Part shown: in pieces, positions 4,283 to 10,063 of the stretch
Layout of the letters: the number at the start of each line of letters is the position of its first letter
Position numbering within the stretch: position 1 is the first letter of the stretch
NCBI GenBank assembly: GCA_004284765.1
Contig: NQJD01000058.1
Span: 1-10,063, forward strand
DNA: 10,063 bases
Direction of reading: 5' to 3'
Source of the DNA: Candidatus Electronema aureum
Lineage (GTDB): Bacteria; Desulfobacterota; Desulfobulbia; Desulfobulbales; Desulfobulbaceae
Position numbers and translations under genes: made by a program
The notes under the pieces: generated by a model
What the model was told of the DNA's origin: nothing
The model's input: the letters and a program-made list of their open reading frames with translations, nothing else
Databases searched by the model: none

Positions 4283-6319
4283 TCAGCGGCCCGACTCCTT
4301 CTGCCGCTGCTTATCATACGCCCGTGCCTTTTTGAATATCTCAGTGAGGTTGATCGTAGCAAAACCGAGTGGTATCTCAAACGTAACAACATTGATCAGC
4401 CAATCTGTCAAAGATTCCTTATCGGCAGGCTCAAGTGGCATCTTCTCTGCAAAGGCAAGCAGTTCATCTTTATCTTTCGGCTGCACCAAACCAAGCAGAT
4501 CGCTCACGCTATATTCTTTACCAGAACCTACGGCAAAATAGACATCGATCCCCCGGCTCGCATACTTCACTAAGGTGTTATAATCTGCAATAATAGAAGG
4601 AGTGTCAGGCAAAGGAATCCCCTCATTGACATCTAAGATGTCAAAGCTGCCGTTAATCTCCAGCAGCGAATACCAAAGGAAGTTGAGGTACTCCTTACGG
4701 CGCGAGCCACGCACCCAGATTTCAATGCGATTGGTGTGCCGATTCGATTTGACCACCGCCTGCGTGCCGCTCCGCTGATCCTCTAACAGCACGCCTGTCC
4801 GCCAGCAGAGATTGTCTTTGATGTCCTTATGCACCTTGACCATAAAGCGGGGGAAGACCGAGGGCGGCAGAAAACTGTCATACCGGAGCACAAAACGAAG
4901 CGTGTCGCTATAGTCAAAGGAAAAGGCTGGCTGTTCAGCAAAGAGCACTTGGGGGATCAGAACCGTTTCCTCATCGATATTGTAGCACAGCTCGAATCGT
5001 CGCATTAATTTCAATATGAAAGGGTGTGTATCCTTTGGACAGCAACATCTCCCCCCTTCCTTGTGATGCAGGATTTCTCCCATACTGTTCACTTCAAGGC
5101 GGCCTCCCTTTTGTATCGTTTCCTCAGCAGTGACAAGACGATAAACCGCCTTTGTCACCCAGTCTGGCCTAAGCACGTGCATGGAATCCAAGATGAATTC
5201 CTTGAAATGCACAGCCACGCCGAGATCATGGAGGAAGTCAAGCAGCGTTTCTCGACTCGCCTTTTCGGTGATGCATGCCTCTTGGCAGATGGTTTCATAT
5301 TCCTCCGCCTTAATGTAGTGCCCATCCATCCGCTCCATGCGCTGCTTGACAGTCAGCCAGTTCTTCGGCCAGCGGATGGCAGTCATCTCCACCTTAGTCA
5401 GCTTGTCTATGAGTGCCTTTTTAAACTGGACAATGCCTGTATCGTTCTTGCAAGAGGTGCGGAAGAAGCGACGGATGTTCGGATATTTTTGCTGTAGATT
5501 GGCATGATCGAGATTATATTGAGGGCTGATATCTTGCTTGTTAGTAACAACCAAGACGGGTGAGTCGCCGCCAAAAGCCTTGATGTGATGCAGCCAGTAT
5601 TCCGGCTCTTCCTCTCTGCGGCCATCGAGAACTAAAATGTACAGGCAGCGCTTGGAGAAGAAGAACTGATGCGTGGCGTGCTGCATCACCTGCCCGCCAA
5701 AGTCCCAGATATTGGCTTTGAGCTTCCGCCCGCCGACCTCCACATCCCAGCCCCGGATATTGATGCCGTGCGTAGGATTTTCGGCTTGATCGAATATCTC
5801 ATTGAACAGCCGCTTAACTAAGGAGGTCTTGCCAGCTTCCCCGTCACCGACCACGAGAATCTTCACCTCGTTGAGGAACTGCGTGCCACTGTTCAGCTCC
5901 GCAAAATACTGACGCATGGCCTCGATGCCCTGAGTGGCGATCTCCAGTGGAGGGGAGACGAGCGGGTTGTCGCCAAGCCGGAGCGTTTCCAGCTCAGGCA
6001 GCTTGCATATCTCAAGCGGCAGGCTATTCAACTGGTTGCCGCTGAGGTCAAGCCATGTCAAATTGGTGAGCTTGCTGATCGCAGACGGCAGGCTGTTTAG
6101 CTGATTGCCGCTGAGGTTCAGCCATGTCAAATTGGTAAGCTTGCTGATCGCAGACGGTAGGCTGTTTAGCTGATTACCGCTGAGGTTCAGCCAAGTCAGG
6201 TACCGTAGCTGGAACAGCTCCGGCGGCAGGGCGGTGAGCTTGTTTAAACTGAGGTCAAGCGCAGTTGCCTTGCTTGCCTTCACCTCTTCGATCACCTTCA
6301 GCAGCTCTTCATTCGTCAT
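4283..6319 (-). CDS. ROCO-type GTPase B: 5 leucine-rich repeats, a Roc G domain, a COR domain and a C-terminal tail; 678 aa; paralog of A
   Basis: It shares the N-terminus MTNEELLKVIE with A. Residues 18-132 are five 23-aa LRRs. Roc motifs are GDGEAGKT (nt 5825-5848), DFGGQ, NKQD and SCK. It is collinear with A over all 546 post-LRR residues. A GAGGTG Shine-Dalgarno lies upstream of the ATG at 6319. Confidence 0.9.
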   Translation of the reverse strand: MTNEELLKVIEEVKASKATALDLSLNKLTALPPELFQLRYLTWLNLSGNQLNSLPSAISKLTNLTWLNLSGNQLNSLPSAISKLTNLTWLDLSGNQLNSLPLEICKLPELETLRLGDNPLVSPPLEIATQGIEAMRQYFAELNSGTQFLNEVKILVVGDGEAGKTSLVKRLFNEIFDQAENPTHGINIRGWDVEVGGRKLKANIWDFGGQVMQHATHQFFFSKRCLYILVLDGRREEEPEYWLHHIKAFGGDSPVLVVTNKQDISPQYNLDHANLQQKYPNIRRFFRTSCKNDTGIVQFKKALIDKLTKVEMTAIRWPKNWLTVKQRMERMDGHYIKAEEYETICQEACITEKASRETLLDFLHDLGVAVHFKEFILDSMHVLRPDWVTKAVYRLVTAEETIQKGGRLEVNSMGEILHHKEGGRCCCPKDTHPFILKLMRRFELCYNIDEETVLIPQVLFAEQPAFSFDYSDTLRFVLRYDSFLPPSVFPRFMVKVHKDIKDNLCWRTGVLLEDQRSGTQAVVKSNRHTNRIEIWVRGSRRKEYLNFLWYSLLEINGSFDILDVNEGIPLPDTPSIIADYNTLVKYASRGIDVYFAVGSGKEYSVSDLLGLVQPKDKDELLAFAEKMPLEPADKESLTDWLINVVTFEIPLGFATINLTEIFKKARAYDKQRQKESGR
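5924..6268 (-). repeat. Five tandem 69-bp coding repeats (LRR array of ROCO B), with two near-identical adjacent units
   Basis: Units 6052-6120 and 6121-6189 differ at only 3 of 69 positions (6068/6137, 6089/6158, 6107/6176). All three changes are synonymous, and both units encode LTWLNLSGNQLNSLPSAISKLTN. Confidence 0.9.
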
Positions 6320-6406
6320 GACGTATACACCTCGGTTATTCGTAGGAAAGGGGCAGGTGTTGCGTCTGTCCGCAGAAAGGCTCCACTGGACTAAGCCAGC
6401 GGAACC

Positions 6407-6434
6407 AGCATACCAATCCTGCCATTTTTTTCAA
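6407..6434 (-). promoter_or_regulatory. Candidate sigma70-like promoter for the ROCO cluster (speculative)
   Basis: On the minus strand, TTGAAA (6434..6429), a 16-nt spacer, then TATGCT (6412..6407). It lies about 90 nt upstream of the ATG at 6319. This is a pattern match only. Confidence 0.25.
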
Positions 6435-6545
6435 CAGGATAATTGCCCTGCTCTTAATGCAGAACGGCTGGCAGATTCTGTAGGCAGGCAGCTTGACGCA
6501 GGCAGGCGGAGCAGGAATAAAACTGGAGGGTGACTACTAAGCAAT

Positions 6546-6590
6546 CTGGAGGGTACCCATCAGGCATTCTGGTGGGTACCCTCCAGTTTT
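6546..6590 (+). terminator. Strong intrinsic-terminator-like hairpin followed by TTTT (plus-strand polarity)
   Basis: CTGGAGGGTACCCA (6546-6559) pairs perfectly with TGGGTACCCTCCAG (6573-6586). The stem is extendable through a U-G wobble and CAG/CTG (6561-6563 with 6569-6571) to about 18 bp with a 5-nt loop. TTTT follows at 6587-6590. A third arm copy, AAAACTGGAGGGT, lies at 6519-6531. Confidence 0.6.
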
Positions 6591-6614
6591 AGCGTTGGGC
6601 AGCTATAAATTCCA

Positions 6615-6644
6615 TTGGTCAATGCCAGGCGGGATGGTTATAAT
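6615..6644 (+). promoter_or_regulatory. Candidate sigma70 promoter of the terC-mntP operon
   Basis: TTGGTC (6615-6620), an 18-nt spacer, then a perfect TATAAT (6639-6644). It sits immediately downstream of the terminator hairpin and about 310 nt upstream of the TerC ATG. Confidence 0.5.
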
Positions 6645-6650
6645 GATCAC

Positions 6651-6953
6651 GCAGCGTTATGCCGGGCCGGAAATCGGCGGGGCCTCAACTTCACCTGCCA
6701 GCTGCGTGACGGTGGAATAAGCTCCGCACAAGGTATGCTGGGTATGAGCAAGCATGTTTGCTCGCGCAGAGACACGTTTGCGCCTCTGGCAGTGCAGCCT
6801 GCAAGGAAGTGCTCTTCCTGCTGAACTCCTTGCAGGGTATGAAGCAGAATGGTACGCTGAGATGGAGGCGGGTGCGGTCAGGTCTTACGGCATTTCTGGT
6901 GCAGCCGCTGTCACTTTATAACTAGATACTTACACAACAAGGAGATTCCGCAC
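6651..6953 (+). promoter_or_regulatory. Long structured 5' leader of the terC-mntP operon (candidate cis-regulatory RNA; class unresolved)
   Basis: About 300 nt lie between the predicted promoter and the ATG, with several strong pairings: TCACGCAGC (6647-6655) with GCTGCGTGA (6701-6709); hairpin GAGCAA-GCATGT-TTGCTC (6746-6763); CCTGCAAGGA (6798-6807) with TCCTTGCAGG (6828-6837), which competes with an internal AGGAAG/CTTCCT hairpin. An AAGGAG Shine-Dalgarno lies at 6939-6944. Confidence 0.4.
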
Positions 6954-7727
6954 ATGATTTGGCTCGCCGACCCTCAAGCCTGGATAGCCTTCCTCACCCT
7001 CGTCCTCCTCGAACTCGTCCTCGGCGTGGACAACGTGATCTTCATTTCCATCTTGGCTGGGAAACTCCCGCCACATGAGCAGGCGCGCGCGCGGACAACC
7101 GGCATCATGCTGGCTATCGGCACGCGTATTCTACTGCTGCTCTCGCTCTCTTGGATCATTGGCCTGACTGAGCCGATGTTCTCAGTCCTCAGCTATCCAA
7201 TCTCAGGGCGAGACATCATCCTGATTGTCGGCGGCCTCTTTCTGATTGGCAAAAGCACCCATGAGATTCATGAGAAGCTGGAAGGCGAGGAAGAGCACGT
7301 CTCCAGCAACGGGCAGAAACGAAACGGGCCGTCCTTTGCCAGCGTGATCATCCAGATCCTCCTACTTGACGTGGTCTTCTCGCTCGATTCAGTCATCACG
7401 GCAGTAGGCATGGTTGATCAGCTGTCTGTGATGATCGCCGCTGTTGTTGTCTCAGCCTGCGCAATGGTCTTTCTGGCGGGCACCATCAGCAACTTCGTCA
7501 ATCGTCACCCAACCGTGAAGATGCTGGCTCTGAGCTTTCTGCTGCTGATCGGCTTCACCTTGATCGTCGAGGGCTTGCACCAGCATATTCCCAAGGGCTA
7601 CATCTACTTTGCTATGGCCTTCTCAGTTTTTGTCGAGACGCTCAACCTGCGCCTGAAGAAAATCGGCAGAACACCCGTGCAGCTGCGCACGGCCTACACC
7701 AGCGAAGCTGACAGCACGGCGAAGTGA
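6954..7727 (+). CDS. TerC-family integral membrane protein (YkoY/Alx-like; the family is implicated in Mn2+ export and metalation)
   Basis: A 257-aa polytopic membrane protein with the family signature near the N-terminus (LLELVLGVDNVIFISIL) and a second-half repeat (LLLDVVFSLDSVITAVG). A strong AAGGAG Shine-Dalgarno lies 9 nt upstream. Confidence 0.9.
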   Translation: MIWLADPQAWIAFLTLVLLELVLGVDNVIFISILAGKLPPHEQARARTTGIMLAIGTRILLLLSLSWIIGLTEPMFSVLSYPISGRDIILIVGGLFLIGKSTHEIHEKLEGEEEHVSSNGQKRNGPSFASVIIQILLLDVVFSLDSVITAVGMVDQLSVMIAAVVVSACAMVFLAGTISNFVNRHPTVKMLALSFLLLIGFTLIVEGLHQHIPKGYIYFAMAFSVFVETLNLRLKKIGRTPVQLRTAYTSEADSTAK

Positions 7728-8287
7728 GTTTCTTTGAAATCGTTGTCATTGCCTGTGGCTTGGCAATGGATGCAGCGGCAGTCTCCCTGGCTGCCGCTGC
7801 CGCAGGCTTTGTTCAAGATGTCCGCTCCTCCTGCCGCCTCGCCTTTCATTTTGGCCTCTTCCAGTTTCTCATGCCAGTGCTGGGTTGGCTGGCTGGAGTC
7901 AACTTCGCTGCCTCGTTCGCCACGTTCGACCACTGGATTGCCTTTGGTCTACTGACCTTTGTCGGCGGCAGGATGCTGTGGAACGGCTTTAGTCAGGAAC
8001 AGGAGGAAGAAAGCATTGCTAATGACCCTTCACGCGGCCTGACCTTGGTGCTGCTCAGTCTCGCCACGAGCATTGACGCGCTGGCTATCGGTCTCAGTCT
8101 TTCCATGCTGGAGGTGACGATTTGGTATCCAGCAGCCATGATCGGCATTATCACCGCCCTGCTTTCCGCACTTGCCATCATGATCGGGAAGAAGGTGGGG
8201 ACAAAGGCAGGAAAACGGATGGAGATATTCGGTGGCGTGATTCTGGTGGTTATTGGAACACGTATTTTGATTACACATCTGCTTTGA
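7724..8287 (+). CDS. mntP: Manganese efflux pump MntP (DUF204/YebN family)
   Basis: A 187-aa membrane protein with the duplicated DUF204 motif (GLAMDAAAVSLA and ATSIDALAIGLS). Its GTG start overlaps the TerC stop (GTGA, 7724-7727), which suggests translational coupling. Confidence 0.88.
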   Translation: MSFFEIVVIACGLAMDAAAVSLAAAAAGFVQDVRSSCRLAFHFGLFQFLMPVLGWLAGVNFAASFATFDHWIAFGLLTFVGGRMLWNGFSQEQEEESIANDPSRGLTLVLLSLATSIDALAIGLSLSMLEVTIWYPAAMIGIITALLSALAIMIGKKVGTKAGKRMEIFGGVILVVIGTRILITHLL

Positions 8288-8295
8288 AGCCCACT

Positions 8296-9471
8296 ATGAT
8301 CACTATCGGCATTGAACAGCTCATTTCTGATCCACCGCCTTTCCTTGCCGGGAAGCGGCTAGCCCTGCTCTGTAATCAGGCTTCCACGGACAGCCGCTTC
8401 CGCCACAGCCGTGATCTGATCATGCAGGCGTTTCCCGGCCAGCTGGTCTGCCTCTTCTCACCGCAGCACGGCTTCTTCAGCGAGAAGCAGGACAATATGA
8501 TTGAGTCCGGGCATGGTCGGGATGCAGCCACGGGCTTGCCGGTTTTCTCGCTCTACGGAGAAACACGCGAGCCAACCGCAGCGATGTTCGAGGGCTTTGA
8601 TATTCTGTTGATTGACCTGCAAGATGTGGGTACGCGGGTCTATACATTCATTTGGACAGTAGTGCATTGCCTACGACAAGCGGCGGCGACAGGGAAAAAG
8701 GTGGTTGTCCTTGACCGCCCGAACCCAGTCGGCGGTGTGCTCCTTGAGGGCAACCTGCTCAAGCCGGAGCTACGTTCCTTTGTTGGCCTGCATGAGATAC
8801 CCATGCGCCACGGCTTGACGATGGGCGAATTGGCCTTGCTCTGTAACCGGGAACTGGGCATTCACGCTGATCTTGACGTGGTGCAGATGCAGGGCTGGAC
8901 ACGCGAAATGTTCTTTGCTGACACCGGCTTTCCTTGGGTCTTCCCCTCGCCGAATATGCCCACGCCTTTGACTGCGCTGGTTTATCCCGGCCAAGTGATC
9001 TGGGAAGGCACCAACGTCTCTGAAGGACGCGGCACCACGCTGCCCTTTGAGCTGGTTGGTGCGCCATTCATCAAACCGCAGCAGGTGCTTGCTCGGTTAA
9101 GCCGCACGGACTTGCCCGGCTGTGTGCTTCGCCCGTTAGTCTTTGAGCCGACCTCTGGTAAATGGGCTGGTCATGCCTGCGCAGGCTTTCATATCCATGT
9201 CACAGAGCCGCGCTGCTTCCTCTCGTACCGGCTCAGTCTTGCCCTGCTGGAAGCCTTCCTCCATCTCTACCCGCACGACTTTGCTTGGAAACAGCCTCCT
9301 TACGAATACGAATACGACAAGTTGCCCATCGACCTGATCCTTGGTGACCAGAGTGTGCGTGAGGCCTTGGAGCAAGGCGCAAACATTGTCGAGCTCGAGC
9401 GGTCTTGGCAGGAGGAATTGGCTGCCTTCGATGAGCGGAGGCGGGTTGTTTTCCTTTACCCTGAGCGATAG
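8296..9471 (+). CDS. DUF1343 family protein (NamZ/YbbC-like exo-beta-N-acetylmuramidase family)
   Basis: 391 aa counted from the ATG at 8296, 8 nt after the mntP stop. The N-terminus IGIEQL..LAGKRLALLCNQAS is typical of the family, as are SPQHGF, LYGETREPT, DLQDVGTRVYTF, LDRPNP and PSPNMP. The ORF-track start at 8122 lies inside mntP and is rejected. Confidence 0.85.
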   Translation: MITIGIEQLISDPPPFLAGKRLALLCNQASTDSRFRHSRDLIMQAFPGQLVCLFSPQHGFFSEKQDNMIESGHGRDAATGLPVFSLYGETREPTAAMFEGFDILLIDLQDVGTRVYTFIWTVVHCLRQAAATGKKVVVLDRPNPVGGVLLEGNLLKPELRSFVGLHEIPMRHGLTMGELALLCNRELGIHADLDVVQMQGWTREMFFADTGFPWVFPSPNMPTPLTALVYPGQVIWEGTNVSEGRGTTLPFELVGAPFIKPQQVLARLSRTDLPGCVLRPLVFEPTSGKWAGHACAGFHIHVTEPRCFLSYRLSLALLEAFLHLYPHDFAWKQPPYEYEYDKLPIDLILGDQSVREALEQGANIVELERSWQEELAAFDERRRVVFLYPER

Positions 9472-9674
9472 AGGCCATTCTGCTGGATAAGAAACTGTAC
9501 ACGGTGCTGCCGGTTTTCTGCTTGGATGAATTCGAGATGCTGCTGAAGCTGATCAAGCCGTAGGTGCCTTGGCCCGGCAAAATATCGAGGCAGCACTCGA
9601 ACCAGACTGGAGTTAGTACTCGAGCAGGCAGGCACCGCATGGCCGCGCAACAATGCCAACCACGGAGATACCCC

Positions 9675-9923
9675 ATGCAATACGTGAAAAAATGCCTCCA
9701 GCTACTGTACTGGATCTATTTCAAGCCCTACACCCTCAAGCGGCATGCGCTGTCCTGCGTGCGGGATCAGAAAAGGAGTACGTTTACTGCTCACGCGCTG
9801 GGGTGCATGAACGAGGTGGAAACCCACCGCCTGACCAGTGGCACGCCTACCTCCCGCGCAGATATAACCGACGACGTGGTGCGGCCTTTACACCGAGTGG
9901 ATTCTTATTGTAAACTAGTCTGA
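9675..9923 (+). CDS. Hypothetical short ORF (82 aa), possibly the 5' fragment of a disrupted gene
   Basis: GGAGA lies 6 nt upstream of the ATG at 9675. The N-terminus is MQYVKKCLQLLYWIYFKPYTLKRH. The remainder has unremarkable composition, and the stop falls where the sequence turns AT-rich. There is no recognisable domain. Confidence 0.3.
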   Translation: MQYVKKCLQLLYWIYFKPYTLKRHALSCVRDQKRSTFTAHALGCMNEVETHRLTSGTPTSRADITDDVVRPLHRVDSYCKLV

Positions 9924-10063
9924 AATTAGTATAGACACCTAATGTGCAACTCTTTTAAACTTGATTAGGCAGCAATCAAGCCATCCAAGTCAAGTGGAGG
10001 GCGGTTATAGACCAAATTAAGGAAGACACAAACAGTGTGCGCCAAAATTTTACGAATCAGACG

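Noticed and set aside
6234-6533. 99-aa plus-strand ORF ending 12 nt before the orphan terminator.
   Set aside because: Its first third is antisense to the ROCO B start. There is no ribosome-binding site at either candidate ATG. Third-codon positions are A/T-rich, unlike the confident genes here. It is kept only as an alternative explanation within the terminator finding.
6701-6775. A canonical yybP-ykoY Mn2+ riboswitch call.
   Set aside because: Only a CAGAGAC-type 3' element and an adjacent hairpin resemble the motif. The invariant GGGGAGUAG loop is absent and the spacing is too short. It is reported as an unresolved leader instead.
6615-6824. 69-aa ORF within the terC leader.
   Set aside because: It starts inside the predicted promoter, upstream of the likely TSS. 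It has no Shine-Dalgarno and an implausible Arg/Cys/Gly-rich product.
7083-7093. Alternating GC run (GCGCGCGCGCG) with Z-DNA potential.
   Set aside because: It lies inside the TerC coding frame, where it encodes ARAR. It is short and adequately explained by codon content.
7694-8278. ORFs 7694-7933 (-), 7734-7955 (+), 7993-8181 (-), 8030-8278 (-) and 6974-7159 (-).
   Set aside because: They are embedded in the terC and mntP membrane-protein genes in alternative frames, and have no independent support.
8122-8295. The longer 449-aa version of the DUF1343 ORF starting at 8122.
   Set aside because: The extension overlaps mntP in another frame and translates to a His/Arg/Gly-rich sequence. The family-typical N-terminus begins at the ATG at 8296.
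9233-9680. Minus-strand ORFs 9233-9676 (147 aa) and 9456-9680 (74 aa), together with ORFs 8458-9375 on the minus strand and 9143-9347 on the plus strand.
   Set aside because: They overlap the well-supported DUF1343 gene or its downstream spacer. Their translations are Arg/Cys/Pro-rich and typical of off-frame GC-rich sequence, and they carry no start signals.
10035-10063. GTGCGCC near the window end, resembling the GUGYG 5' end of a group II intron.
   Set aside because: A 5-nt match is expected by chance. No domain structures or intron-encoded protein are visible in the remaining 25 nt.

Overview
All calls come from reading the sequence and the ORF track by eye. No database, HMM or folding searches were run. 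The taxon cannot be determined from this window.

The window has two unrelated halves.

LEFT HALF (1-6319, all genes on the minus strand). This looks like an accessory cluster. It holds two tandem paralogous LRR-Roc-COR (ROCO-type) GTPases of 678 aa and 793 aa. Next comes a vapBC-like toxin-antitoxin pair whose PIN toxin is frameshifted. Last are the first 28 codons of a small gene whose product resembles the extreme C-terminal tail of the ROCO proteins. The genes are separated by three copies of a roughly 80-nt intergenic module with a covarying 12-bp hairpin. One copy is split by an 881-bp IS5-family insertion sequence with 17-bp inverted repeats, a putative 3-bp TSD, and a transposase broken at an A8 run.

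RIGHT HALF (6954-9471, plus strand). This is a housekeeping-type operon: a TerC-family membrane protein, the MntP manganese exporter and a DUF1343 (NamZ-like) protein. A sigma70-like promoter and a roughly 300-nt structured leader precede it.

BETWEEN AND BEYOND. The 634-bp divergent intergenic region carries a very strong plus-strand terminator hairpin with no obvious gene to terminate. The window end (9472-10063) contains a probable gene remnant, a weak short ORF and a shift to AT-rich sequence.

BEST CANDIDATE for an undescribed system: the tandem ROCO pair with copy-number-variable LRR arrays plus the COR-tail mini-gene, embedded with TA and IS elements. It resembles an NLR-like sensor or defence locus, but no enzymatic effector domain is recognisable.
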